DNA from: an uncultured delta proteobacterium
GTDB lineage: Bacteria; Desulfobacterota; Binatia; UBA9968
DNA length: 64,000 nt
Assembly (NCBI GenBank): GCA_963840855.1
Contig: CAWJBB010000002.1
Location: 1 to 64,000 of the forward strand
Direction of reading: 5' to 3'
This document shows positions 1 through 10,063 of the stretch, in pieces. Numbering within the stretch: position 1 is the first letter of the stretch; each line of letters opens with the position of its first letter. A program made the translations under genes and the position numbers. Under the pieces are notes generated by a model, which made no database searches, had not been told where the DNA came from, and saw only the letters and a list, made by a program, of their open reading frames with translations.

Positions 1-887
1 GCAATCCTGCGCCACAGCGCCAGATGGCGCACGCCCCCCGAGCGCATATGGTTCAAACAGCGGCCGAAGGCGCCGCGCACCATCGGAAAGCCGGATTCGT
101 ACTGACCGACGGACACCTCGACAGCATCGATGCCTTCGTGCTCCATCGCCTTGGCGATCTTAACCAGCTCAGGCGTTTTCAAACCGGGCCGCAGCGGCAG
201 ATAATCGGACCCGTTGAGCTTGATGATCACCGGGTAGTCCTTGCCGACGCGCGCGCGCATCGCGCGATATAGATCGCGCAGGAATCGCAAGCGGTTCTCG
301 AAGGAGCCGCCGTAGTCGTCGGTGCGTTTGTTGGTGTACGGCGTGAGGAACTGATTGACCAGATAACCGTGTCCGGCGTGAATCTGCACGCCGTCGAAGC
401 CGGCCTGCTTGCAGCGGGCAGCACCGTCTGCGAACCGTTGCACGATGCGTTGGATTTCCGCCACGGTCAACGCGCGCGGCCGCGTGCCGGTCGACAAGTC
501 TTTGACGGTCGACGCGGACACCGCCTCGGGTAATCCGGCGAAACTCGGAATAACCTGGCGTCCAGAATGATTGAGCTGCGCGAAGATCTTGGTGCCGTGC
601 ACATGCATTGAATCGACTAACTGCTTGAGCGCGGGAATTTTACTGTCGTCATCTACACCCATCTGCAACGGCGTGGATTTGCCGTCAAGACTGGGATAGA
701 TATTCCCGGTAATGATGAGCGGCACGCCGCCTTTGGCCATCGGCAGGTAGAAATCAATATGCTGCTGCGTGGCAAAGCCATCGGCCGTGGCGCGCGTTTC
801 CGAGGTAGCAGTCTTGATGATCCGTCCAGTAATGGATAGCTTGCCGATGGCAAGGGGTGTAAAAAGAACGCTTTCGTTCCGTGACAT
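1..887 (-). CDS. NADH:flavin oxidoreductase / Old Yellow Enzyme family (3' end runs off window)
   Basis: Manual translation from ATG 887 (GGAGG RBS): MSRNESVLFTPLAIG...QLNHSGRQ...AGFDGVQIHAGHGYLVNQFLTPYTNKRTDDYGGSFENRLRF, the canonical OYE motifs. Not in ORF track because it is open-ended. Confidence 0.93.
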   Translation of the reverse strand, partial: MSRNESVLFTPLAIGKLSITGRIIKTATSETRATADGFATQQHIDFYLPMAKGGVPLIITGNIYPSLDGKSTPLQMGVDDDSKIPALKQLVDSMHVHGTKIFAQLNHSGRQVIPSFAGLPEAVSASTVKDLSTGTRPRALTVAEIQRIVQRFADGAARCKQAGFDGVQIHAGHGYLVNQFLTPYTNKRTDDYGGSFENRLRFLRDLYRAMRARVGKDYPVIIKLNGSDYLPLRPGLKTPELVKIAKAMEHEGIDAVEVSVGQYESGFPMVRGAFGRCLNHMRSGGVRHLALWRRI

Positions 888-1175
888 AGCGGACCTCCCA
901 AAAAAAGGGGACATCGTGCGCGTGCGCTGCACAGACTGCTAGTTCTTCTGTTGAGTACACCGGGCGCCCCAATGTTGAGCGAGCTGTTTGCGCGCGGTTA
1001 CTGCCCAAATGCAGACGGAGCAACTATGGTGCCAGTGCACATCTGGGACGAGGAAACTTCCAAAGACGGAAATTTGCGCGCAATATCGTAGTCGATCTCG
1101 ACGTGCCGGTCGGCTACCGCGGCGGACCGCAACTTTCGTTTACAGGAGGCGTATCCAATACACAAGGAGGTTGCC

Positions 1176-2234
1176 GTGAAAAAACTAGCCGTCATGATCT
1201 TGTTGGCCGTGCCGTTGAGCCTCGGGCTCCCTGCCTACGGATTTTCCCAGTCTCCCTTCTATGAAGGCAAGACCATCAATGTCGTCTATGGGGGCGGCCC
1301 CGGCGGCACCGTGGATTTGCGCTTCAGAGCCACTGCTTCGGTTCTCCAGAAACACATACCGGGAAAACCAACGCTGGTCGTTGAGTACATGCCCGGCGGC
1401 GGATCCCGAAAGGCCGGGAACCATCTCTACAGGGCGCGGCCGGATGGGCTCACCATGGGGGTTATGCTCTCAAGCTTTGTGCATGCGGCAGTGCTTGGCT
1501 CCACCGGGGTTCTCTATGACATCGATAAAGTCATCTATCTCGGATCTCCTGTCAGCGGCGAACCCTACATTTTTTTGAGCCGCAAAGAAGCCAAGCTGGA
1601 TACTTTCGACAAACTCCGCACCGCCTCGGGCGTGCGCCTCGGCGCGCAGTCCGTGGGACATCCCCTCTACGCCCTCAGCCGAATTCTCGCCTATATGACC
1701 GGTATGAAAGAGGCGAAGTTTATTACCGGATTCGCCCAGGGCATCGAAGTCAATCTGGCCTTGACGCGCGGCGAGCTCGATGCCAGGTGGACCTTGCAGC
1801 CCACTTTAGTACGAGAAGCGCGTGATTGGATCGAACAGAAACTGGTGGATTTCCATATGGTGATCGAGGTTCCGAAGGGTCGAAGACATCCCCATCCCGT
1901 CTTTGCCGGATTGCCCGATATGGAACAGTTTGTGAAATCGGAGAATGACCGAAAACTTCTTGCCCTGACTCGCGCCTTTAGCGGGGTGGGAAGCCCTTTC
2001 ATATTTCCTCCGGGAACGCCGCCCGATAAGGTTCAGATCCTCCGGGAAGCGATGCGAAAGACTTTTAATGATCCTGAATTCAACGCGGAATTTAAAAAGC
2101 TCGTCGGCGAGGAGCCCGGGCCGTTGATGCCGGAGGAACACGAGAAGGCTATCCGGGACTTGCCCCGGGACCGGGAGCTTGTCGATTTATTTAACAAGCT
2201 GTCCAGCGCGGAGGCCATGCCGCCGCGACCATAG
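1176..2234 (+). CDS. Tripartite tricarboxylate transporter substrate-binding protein (TctC/Bug family)
   Basis: Signal peptide, FYEGKTINVV..GGPGGTVD, MPGGG, PDGLTM, PPGTPPD motifs; GGAGG RBS before GTG. Confidence 0.88.
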   Translation: MKKLAVMILLAVPLSLGLPAYGFSQSPFYEGKTINVVYGGGPGGTVDLRFRATASVLQKHIPGKPTLVVEYMPGGGSRKAGNHLYRARPDGLTMGVMLSSFVHAAVLGSTGVLYDIDKVIYLGSPVSGEPYIFLSRKEAKLDTFDKLRTASGVRLGAQSVGHPLYALSRILAYMTGMKEAKFITGFAQGIEVNLALTRGELDARWTLQPTLVREARDWIEQKLVDFHMVIEVPKGRRHPHPVFAGLPDMEQFVKSENDRKLLALTRAFSGVGSPFIFPPGTPPDKVQILREAMRKTFNDPEFNAEFKKLVGEEPGPLMPEEHEKAIRDLPRDRELVDLFNKLSSAEAMPPRP

Positions 2235-2512
2235 GCTGTGTCACTTTCCCATGCTAACTTTTCGGCTGACTTTCCACTGCCTCTGCCCAACACTTGCCGC
2301 AACTCTCCTCCGGATTGTCCTACACAAGATTTTTATCTTTCGGCCTTGCGCCTCACGCTTTGCGTCAATCGCAACTGCGGCATCCGGGTTTAATCGTATC
2401 CGTCGGATCGGGCTATAAAAACGTATCTCATAAGGGCTCCGCAGCGTAATACTCAGTGTCGATTTGTGCGCCGGATATAATTTGATTCTGAACCGCCACA
2501 CACGAATTGACC

Positions 2513-3904
2513 CTAACCATCGACATAACCCACAAACTTGCCCAAAGCGCGAGCCGCGCGCGTAACCGAAGGATAAACGGGAATTCCCAACCGGTCGCAG
2601 GTTTGCTGTAATTGGAGCCCCGCCGCGAAGGCATCGATCGATCCTAACGCCCGGCAGACAACGATCATCGGTTTTTCACAATGGGGATGAAAATTTTCCA
2701 ATGTTTCGATCATCTCACTGAGGATTTTTTCTCCTTTGGGGTTGCCCAGGGTTTGATCGACACGCAGAACCACGATCAAAACATGAATCGCCGACTCGCC
2801 GGCGACAAGTTGTAGTATTCTTTGCAGCTCACGCGAGCGTCGCATGACATTGAGATCAAGTGGATTGTTGACGCTGGTTCCGGGAAGGGGTGTAAACTCG
2901 CGCAAGGCACCTTGGGTCTCTTTTTTCAGTTCGGGCACGATCAACCCGGCATGCTCCAAGTCGTCGGCCGCCTGAATCGCGTCACCGCCGCCGATTCCAA
3001 CAACGCCAACATTTCTGCCGGCGGGAGTCGTCACCGACTGGCAGGCGAGCAGCACATCCATAAGCTCTTCCATGTCAGCGACCGGCACAGCCTTGGTCTG
3101 CGCCCATACGGCTTGCCATGCTTCGCGCGCGGCCGGCGCTCCGGTGTGCGCTGCTACGGCTCTGGAACCGGCTTCACTTGTGCCGCCTTTAAGTATGACC
3201 ACCGGTTTGGAGCGGCTTACCTCGGCCAACGTCTGGTGGAAGGCATCCATGTCGAGCACGCCTTCAATAAAAGCTCCGATCACTTTCGTTTTTGGATCGC
3301 GCCCGAGAAATTGCAGCAATTCCGTTTCATTGATGTCGGCTGCATTGCCGTAGCTGACGACGGTGCTGAAACGCAATCCGCGCACGGATGCCATGCGCCC
3401 CAAATCGCTGGCATTGCCGCCACTTTGTGAAATCACGGAAACGCTTCCTGCATCCTTGGGTGAATGAGTGTTGAACGTAAGGCCGGCACTTGGGCGGTAA
3501 ATGCCCATACAGTTTGGACCGAGAACACGCAATCCGCCGCGCCGCGCGATGTCGACGACCTGCCGCTCCAGTTCGATACGCTCGGGAATCCTGGTTTCGC
3601 TAAATCCGGCGGTGTAAATGTGCAGCAGCTTGACTCCTTTCGCGACACATTCTTTAGCCAGCGCCGGAACGTCGTGCGCCGGAAGACAGCAGACGACATG
3701 GTCTACGGAACCGGGAATCTCATTCAAGCTCGAATAACACCTGTGACCGGCAACTTCTTGATACTTAGGGTTCACCGGATAGATGCTCCCACGAAACTCC
3801 GCTCTTTTTAGAAAGCGGATCGTTGAGTTGCCGCGTTTTTGTGGGGTGTTAGTCGCGCCAACGATGGCAACGCTTGCCGGTGTCAATAATGAATCGTCAA
3901 TCAC
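2513..3904 (-). CDS. CoA-binding protein, acetate/acyl-CoA ligase (ADP-forming) alpha-subunit-like
   Basis: SVAIVGA, IYPVNP, RVLGPNCMG, SQSGG, VSYGNAADI, AAHTG (phospho-His), NNPLD. Confidence 0.9.
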   Translation of the reverse strand: MIDDSLLTPASVAIVGATNTPQKRGNSTIRFLKRAEFRGSIYPVNPKYQEVAGHRCYSSLNEIPGSVDHVVCCLPAHDVPALAKECVAKGVKLLHIYTAGFSETRIPERIELERQVVDIARRGGLRVLGPNCMGIYRPSAGLTFNTHSPKDAGSVSVISQSGGNASDLGRMASVRGLRFSTVVSYGNAADINETELLQFLGRDPKTKVIGAFIEGVLDMDAFHQTLAEVSRSKPVVILKGGTSEAGSRAVAAHTGAPAAREAWQAVWAQTKAVPVADMEELMDVLLACQSVTTPAGRNVGVVGIGGGDAIQAADDLEHAGLIVPELKKETQGALREFTPLPGTSVNNPLDLNVMRRSRELQRILQLVAGESAIHVLIVVLRVDQTLGNPKGEKILSEMIETLENFHPHCEKPMIVVCRALGSIDAFAAGLQLQQTCDRLGIPVYPSVTRAARALGKFVGYVDG

Positions 3905-3921
3905 TGGGGCCTCCTCACGAG

Positions 3922-4314
3922 CTAGCCCAGCTTTTTCTCGCCAACCGGTTGCACATTAAGAAAACCATGCTCTGAAATGTCGAAATAATTACCATCCGGA
4001 TCCGAACCGCGGGTTTCCGCATAGGGCCGTCCGTTCGGGCGTGACTTGGGCAATTTGTTGGGATTAATCCTTTTCATCTTCTCGACGATGGCTTCGCCGT
4101 CTTCCACCTCAAAGCCAAAATGATACAGCCCGTTGGTCGCGTTTTGTTCGTGATTGGGGATGATGGCGAGGTTAAAATAACCATCGCTGAGGAAAATGGT
4201 TCCCCCTTCCACTTTACTCTTGTGAATCACCTTCATATCGAAGACGTCCATATAAAATGAAGCTAATTTTCCTGTGTCTTCCGTACGTATGGCCAGATGC
4301 CGAAGTTTCGCCAT
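3922..4314 (-). CDS. VOC/glyoxalase family protein
   Basis: MAKLRHLAIRT...FLSDGYFNLAI...GLYHFGFEV...DPDGNYFDISEHG; start re-called at ATG 4314 with AGGAGG RBS. Confidence 0.88.
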   Translation of the reverse strand: MAKLRHLAIRTEDTGKLASFYMDVFDMKVIHKSKVEGGTIFLSDGYFNLAIIPNHEQNATNGLYHFGFEVEDGEAIVEKMKRINPNKLPKSRPNGRPYAETRGSDPDGNYFDISEHGFLNVQPVGEKKLG

Positions 4315-4547
4315 GATCCCCTCCTTGTGGTTTCGTAAACGTTGATCTCGTGCGTCTGAAAAACTCTTTTGAACGCTATAGATCGCTTGCTGCCTTGTCA
4401 AGGTGATAACGGCGGCCCCGCATGGAACCGTAACCTTGTCAAAAAACATCCCGGCGAGGTATAGAGAAGCGGTAGACTAACAACGAAAATTTGTGCCGCT
4501 GAACAAGTATTTCGACGCCACTTTCTAAAGAGAGGCACCTTCTTAGG

Positions 4548-6797
4548 ATGGAAACACCGGACGATTTTCTCGAGATTGGAAATTCGGTCAAGCGCTTCGA
4601 CGGTCATTCCAAGGTCACCGGAGAGCAGCGTTACACGGCGGACCTCAGCTTCCCGGGAATCATATGGGGGAAGTGCCTTCGAAGCCCCATCTCGCATGGC
4701 CGGATTCTAAAACTCGATGTCTCGCGGGCGAAAAAGCTCAAAGGCGTATGCGCGGTTCTTACCGCCGCGGATACCCCTGACCGGCTCGTGGGAAGAAGAT
4801 TGAAAGACATGCCGGTGCTCGCGCGCGACCGGGTGCGATTCATCGGCGAGAGGATAGCGGTTGTCGGGGCGGAGACGCAGGAGATCGCCGACGAAGCGCT
4901 CGCCCGCATCGATGTCGAGTATGAGGAGCTCAAGGCCGTCTATAGCTCTGGTGATGCCACGGCGCCGGACGCGCCGACCCTTCATGAAAATCTGGCGAGC
5001 TACGAGAATATCAATCTGCCCTTGCCGGACCTTCCCAACGTTCATTCCCATACGCAATGGAACACCGGCGAGTGTGAAAAAGGTTTTGCGGAGTCGGATT
5101 TTATCTTCGAGCAGACTTTTACCACGCAGCGCGTTCATCACGGCTACCTGGAACCCCATGTGGTCGTAGTCCGGGTCGACCCATCCGGCCGCTTTCTGGT
5201 CTCGTCGCCGTCTAAAGGACCCTATGCCACGAGGGAACAGCTCGCAGACTGGATGGGCATAGACCAAGCGAAAATTGCTTTCCAATTGAATCCCATCGGG
5301 GGCGACTTCGGTGGCAAGGGCTCCTTGATGGACATTCCGCTCTGCTGCTACCTTGCGAAAACTACCGGGCGCCCGGCAAAAATGTTGATGTCCTACGCCG
5401 AGGAGCTGGCCGCCGCCACGCCGCGCCACCCCTCGATCATTACGATCAAAACCGGAGTGAAGAAAGGCGGCACGCTCTGGGCGAGGAAGGTGACCGCGTT
5501 CTTCAACAGCGGAGCCTACGCGGCCATCAAGAACAACGTGGCGATCACTTTGCCCGGAGCGCGCTCCGGCGCCGGAGCATACAAGATTCCGCACGTGCGC
5601 ATCGACGCTTTCTCGGTTTACACCAATTGCGTGCCCAGCGGGATCATGCGCGCTCCCGGAGAGGCACAGATGATCTTCGCCGTGGAGTCGCACATGGATC
5701 ACGTGGCCAGAGAGCTGGGCATCGATCCCTATGAATTCCGCCTCAAGAATGTTTTGGACCGCGAGCCTGGCGCCGGCGGCCTGCACGCGGCCAGCGACAA
5801 AGGCAAGGAGCTGTTGGAAAAAGTTCGAGGTGCATTTAACTGGAATCATAGAAAACCAAACAAGCGCCATATCGGCAGAGGGTTCGCCCTCTGCGTTCGC
5901 GAGGTCGGCCCGGGCGAGTCCAACGTCGAAGTCGGTATCAAAAACGACGGCAGAGTTTATATTCTGACGACGATTCCGGACACCGGGACCGGCTCGCATA
6001 CGATCTTTCGGCAGATCGTCGGCGAAGCGCTCGGCATCGCCGCCAAAAACATCGACGTGGTAATGGGAACCACCGACAGTTTCGTCACCGATCATATGAT
6101 CGGCGGGAGCCGGGTCACCTACCTGGCCGGCCAGGCGGCTCTCAGCGCGGCTTTGCGCTTGAGAGCGCGATTGAACGACATCGCCGCGGCGCGTTTCTGT
6201 TGCCCCGCCGGATCGATGCGAATATCCCGAGGGACCATCTCAGGCGCAGCAGGCAAAGTTTCTTTTGGCACACTCGCTTCGGAAGCAGCCTCACAGGGTG
6301 TGACTTTGCGGGAGAGGGGAAACTTTGCGGCCAGCGAGCGGGCCGGGGATGTCTCGTTTTTCGCTCAAGCAGTCGAGCTCGAGGTCGACGCGGAAACCGG
6401 CCAGGTAGAACTCTTGAAAATTTTATCCGCCCATCACGTCGGAACCATCATCAATCCACTCAGCCACCAGGGTCAAATCGACGGTGGCGTCGTGCAAGGA
6501 TTGGGGTTCGCGCTGCTCGAGCATCTCTTGGACGAAGAGGGAAGAATTACCACGACGAACGTGGGCGAATACAAGCTGCCTTCAGTGGCCGACATTCCGT
6601 CTCATCGGACCGTTTTCGTCTACGACCGTAAAGGGCCGGGGCCGTTTCAAAGCAAGCCTATCGGAGAGAACGGCATCGTCCCAACCGCGCCGGCTGTCGC
6701 CAATGCGGTCTACGATGCCATCGGTGTGCAGATCACCGACTTGCCGATTACCGCGGAAAAGATCTGCCTGGCTATCCGCGGAAAAAAGAATTTTTGA
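4548..6797 (+). CDS. Xanthine dehydrogenase family molybdopterin-binding (large) subunit
   Basis: KVTGEQRYTAD, GGDFGGKG, MRAPG, GQIDGGVVQGLG, KPIGENG. Confidence 0.93.
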   Translation: METPDDFLEIGNSVKRFDGHSKVTGEQRYTADLSFPGIIWGKCLRSPISHGRILKLDVSRAKKLKGVCAVLTAADTPDRLVGRRLKDMPVLARDRVRFIGERIAVVGAETQEIADEALARIDVEYEELKAVYSSGDATAPDAPTLHENLASYENINLPLPDLPNVHSHTQWNTGECEKGFAESDFIFEQTFTTQRVHHGYLEPHVVVVRVDPSGRFLVSSPSKGPYATREQLADWMGIDQAKIAFQLNPIGGDFGGKGSLMDIPLCCYLAKTTGRPAKMLMSYAEELAAATPRHPSIITIKTGVKKGGTLWARKVTAFFNSGAYAAIKNNVAITLPGARSGAGAYKIPHVRIDAFSVYTNCVPSGIMRAPGEAQMIFAVESHMDHVARELGIDPYEFRLKNVLDREPGAGGLHAASDKGKELLEKVRGAFNWNHRKPNKRHIGRGFALCVREVGPGESNVEVGIKNDGRVYILTTIPDTGTGSHTIFRQIVGEALGIAAKNIDVVMGTTDSFVTDHMIGGSRVTYLAGQAALSAALRLRARLNDIAAARFCCPAGSMRISRGTISGAAGKVSFGTLASEAASQGVTLRERGNFAASERAGDVSFFAQAVELEVDAETGQVELLKILSAHHVGTIINPLSHQGQIDGGVVQGLGFALLEHLLDEEGRITTTNVGEYKLPSVADIPSHRTVFVYDRKGPGPFQSKPIGENGIVPTAPAVANAVYDAIGVQITDLPITAEKICLAIRGKKNF

Positions 6798-6848
6798 TCC
6801 GTTTATTGTGCTTCGATCACTATGTCACGGTGTCTGTCCGAACTTTGG

Positions 6849-6878
6849 TTGACACGCTCTGTTCTTTGGAAGTATGTT
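6849..6878 (+). promoter_or_regulatory. Putative sigma70 promoter of the second XDH subunit
   Basis: TTGACA-N18-TATGTT about 40 bp upstream of ATG 6917. Confidence 0.4.
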
Positions 6879-6916
6879 GCGTGCCTCAATAGAAAAATCT
6901 CGGAAATCCGTTCCAG

Positions 6917-9178
6917 ATGACGTTGCACGAGCATTTTTCCTCAGTGGGAAGTCCGACGATCCGCTTGGATGGAAGACCTAAGGTCACAGGCGCGACACGC
7001 TATACCGCCGACCATACTCTGCCCGGCATGATCTGGGGGAAGTGTTTGCGCAGCCCCCTTCCCCATGCGCGAATCCGCCGCATCGACATACAAAGAGCAA
7101 AGAAAATAAAAGGAGTCTTCGCGATACTGACCGGGGCGGATCTTCCCACTCGGCTGACAGGAATCATACTTAAGGATATGCCGGTCCTGGCACAGGAGAG
7201 GGTTCGGTTTGTCGGCGAAAGGGTAGCGGTGGTTGGCGCGGAGTCGCCGGATGTTGCGGAGGAAGCGCTAAGTCGCATCGAGGTAGACTACGAGGCGCTT
7301 CCGGCCGTTCATGATCCGCTGGACGCCATGACCCCCGGCGCCCCCGTCATCCACGAGGCGCTGAGAAGTTACGACGGCCTTCAGCTTCCGCTTCCTGAAA
7401 TTCCAAACCTTCATGCTTATGTGGAATGGCAAAAAGGAAATCACGAGCAAGGATTTGCCGAATCTGATTTCGTATTCGAGCAGACCTTTACCACACAGAG
7501 AGTCCACCAGGGTTACCTGGAACCGCACGCCGTCGTCGTCCAGATCGATTCCTCGCAGCGAATCTTGATCTGCTCTACAGCCAAGCAAGTCTATCTCAAC
7601 AGACAACATTTCGCAGAATGGCTCGGCCTGGATCAACAAAAAATCGTGTTCCAAGTAGGCTTCGTCGGTGGTGATTTTGGCGGCAAGGGGACGCTCATGG
7701 ACCTTCCCCTTTGTTATTACCTGGCCAAAGTCACTGGCAAGCCAGTGAAGATGGTGATGAGCTACTCTGAGGAACTTAGCGCGGCCAATCCGCGACACGC
7801 GTCGGTCATCACGATCAAGACAGGAGTAAAAAAAGACGGCCGCCTATGGGCCAGGGAATTAAAAGCTGTCTTCAACGGCGGTGCCTACGCGGGGATCAAG
7901 GAAAGCAGCAACGGTAACCTTCCCGGCTCCCGTCATGGAAACGGCTCCTATTCCATTCCTCATTCCTTCATTCAATCGTGCGCAGTCTACACCAACTGCA
8001 TCCCGGGCGGCATCATGCGCGGGCCCGGCGATCTTCAAGTGAACTTCACTGTAGAATCGCATATGAACTATGTGGCGCGTCAACTCGGAATCGACTCCTA
8101 TGAGTTTCGCCGCATGAATGTCCTCAAACCCGGCGACCAGCTACTTCATGGGCCGCGTCTGAATAGCGATATGGGAGTGTGGCTATTGGACGAGGTGGCG
8201 CAGAAGCTCCGCTCGGCTCCTCGAGAAACAACGAAACCATACGTCGGAAGAGGATTTGCTCTGGCATCTCGAGATGTCAACTTTGGTGAAGCGAATATCG
8301 AGATAGCTCTCAAAGAGGATGGAAAGGCTTACATCTTGACGACCGTCCCCGAGACGGGAACCGGCGCACACACGATCTTCCGCCAAATCGTGGCGGAGGC
8401 GCTTAACATCTCCGCCGAAGATGTCGAGGTCAATCTAGGCACTACGGATACGTTTCCTACGGATGTCAGAGTTATCGCAAGCCTGGTGACCTACTTGGGA
8501 GGACAAGCGCTCCATCAAGCAGCTTTCACCCTGCGGAATCAAATCATCGAAAATGCTGCGGCCCACTTTCAGTGCTTGCCCGGCGGCAATCCAGCTGGCG
8601 CGCGGCACTGTCTTCGGGCCGCAGAAGCGAAAGTCCGCTTCTCCGAACTGGCGTCTCTGGCGTCATCGAGCAACAGGCCCTTGACGGCGAGAGGAAGTGT
8701 GAATGTTAAAGAGCGAATCGGCGCGTTCTGCTTCTTTGCCCAGGCGGCAGAGGTAGAGATGGACCCGGAGACCGGACAGGTGAAAGTTCGGAAGATTATC
8801 TCCGCTCACGATGTCGGAACTATCATCAACCCGGTCACCCATCGTGGGCAGGTAGAGGGAGGTATGGTTCAGGGTTTCGGCTTCGCTTTAACGGAAAATC
8901 TCGCGGACGAGGATGGCAAGATTCTCACCACGAATCTCGGCGAATATAAACTTCCTAACATCCGGGATATCCCCAGGCATGAAGCGCTCTATATTAGAAA
9001 TGACGACGGGCCCGGTCCATTTCAAACGAAGCCCATCGGCGAACACGGGGCGATTCCTACCGCCGCAGCTATTGCGAACGCGGTCTACGACGCCATTGGC
9101 GCTCAGATTAGGGACTTGCCGATTACCGCTGAAAAGGTCTATAGCGCGATGCGGCAAAAAGGCATTGCTAAGGCATAG
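6917..9178 (+). CDS. Xanthine dehydrogenase family molybdopterin-binding subunit (tandem paralog)
   Basis: Same motif set as 4548-6797; contains an apparent compensated frameshift pair at about 8580-8632. Confidence 0.93.
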   Translation: MTLHEHFSSVGSPTIRLDGRPKVTGATRYTADHTLPGMIWGKCLRSPLPHARIRRIDIQRAKKIKGVFAILTGADLPTRLTGIILKDMPVLAQERVRFVGERVAVVGAESPDVAEEALSRIEVDYEALPAVHDPLDAMTPGAPVIHEALRSYDGLQLPLPEIPNLHAYVEWQKGNHEQGFAESDFVFEQTFTTQRVHQGYLEPHAVVVQIDSSQRILICSTAKQVYLNRQHFAEWLGLDQQKIVFQVGFVGGDFGGKGTLMDLPLCYYLAKVTGKPVKMVMSYSEELSAANPRHASVITIKTGVKKDGRLWARELKAVFNGGAYAGIKESSNGNLPGSRHGNGSYSIPHSFIQSCAVYTNCIPGGIMRGPGDLQVNFTVESHMNYVARQLGIDSYEFRRMNVLKPGDQLLHGPRLNSDMGVWLLDEVAQKLRSAPRETTKPYVGRGFALASRDVNFGEANIEIALKEDGKAYILTTVPETGTGAHTIFRQIVAEALNISAEDVEVNLGTTDTFPTDVRVIASLVTYLGGQALHQAAFTLRNQIIENAAAHFQCLPGGNPAGARHCLRAAEAKVRFSELASLASSSNRPLTARGSVNVKERIGAFCFFAQAAEVEMDPETGQVKVRKIISAHDVGTIINPVTHRGQVEGGMVQGFGFALTENLADEDGKILTTNLGEYKLPNIRDIPRHEALYIRNDDGPGPFQTKPIGEHGAIPTAAAIANAVYDAIGAQIRDLPITAEKVYSAMRQKGIAKA

Positions 9179-9209
9179 TGCGACACAGTAGCAACCAAAA
9201 TCGGATTGT

Positions 9210-9363
9210 CTCGCGCAAAGACGCAAAGGGCGCAAAGGAAGAGCATTGTCATTTCGAACCCTTCGAGGGACTCAGGATAAACTCCGAGAGAAATCTTTCC
9301 TAGATTCCTCGCATTCGCTCGGGATGACAGGCCTTTGGCTTGTCACTTGACGCCTTTGCGCGA
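9210..9363. repeat. Nested REP-like palindromes (CGCAAAG tandem arms, TGTCAT...ATGACA stem, CCCTTCGA..CTCAGG unit)
   Basis: cgcgcaaagacgcaaagggcgcaaag ... tgtcatttcgaacccttcgagggactcaggataaactcc ... gggatgaca ... ctttgcgcg. Confidence 0.7.
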
Positions 9364-9395
9364 AGAATATACGAACCCAGATCTAGGAGGAAGAT

Positions 9396-9923
9396 ATGAA
9401 TAAAGTCGCTCGACATCCACGGCATCCGGCCGTGGTCAACATGAGTCTCGAAGAGATCGCTCAGCGCTACTCGGCGCGATTTGCCGAGATAAAACCCGAC
9501 TGGAATGTATTCGATGACGCGAAGATTGCCGGCTACCGCCGGGCGCAGTACAGATATATCGGGCAAACTCTCGGGAAGCCGGAAATAAAATACATTCCGG
9601 CCGGCGCCACTAGGCTGTCCGTCATGTATGTGCCGCCCGGTGAAGGGAATGCGCCTCACACGCATCCGGTGGAGGAGGTGTTCTTTGTTCTGCAGGGAAA
9701 TCTGATGGTCTTTTTCGAGGAAGAAGACGGTCGGCGGCTCGAGGTCAATCTCGGACCTTGGGATTGCGTTTCCTGCCCGGCCGGCGTCATTCATGGCTAT
9801 CAAAATGATGGCGTCCAGCCTGTCTTTCTGCAGGTTATGGTTGGCCAGACCGATCCGGAACCTATGGGGTATACGGATCCGGAACTTTACGCCCAGCGGG
9901 ATACTCACCATACGCGCGAGTAG
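9396..9923 (+). CDS. Cupin domain protein
   Basis: PHTHPVEEVFFVLQG and CPAGVIHGYQN cupin metal motifs. Confidence 0.9.
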   Translation: MNKVARHPRHPAVVNMSLEEIAQRYSARFAEIKPDWNVFDDAKIAGYRRAQYRYIGQTLGKPEIKYIPAGATRLSVMYVPPGEGNAPHTHPVEEVFFVLQGNLMVFFEEEDGRRLEVNLGPWDCVSCPAGVIHGYQNDGVQPVFLQVMVGQTDPEPMGYTDPELYAQRDTHHTRE

Positions 9924-10063
9924 ATGTCAAAGCTCTCATCATTCAGCGGTGCGATCACATTTTTGATGAACCGATTTTGACCGCTGCGGATAAAGTCCCC
10001 GACGAAAAAACGGTGGGGCGTTCGGCCGTAAAATTTTAGCTGTCCTTTTTTAGGGAGGTCGCT

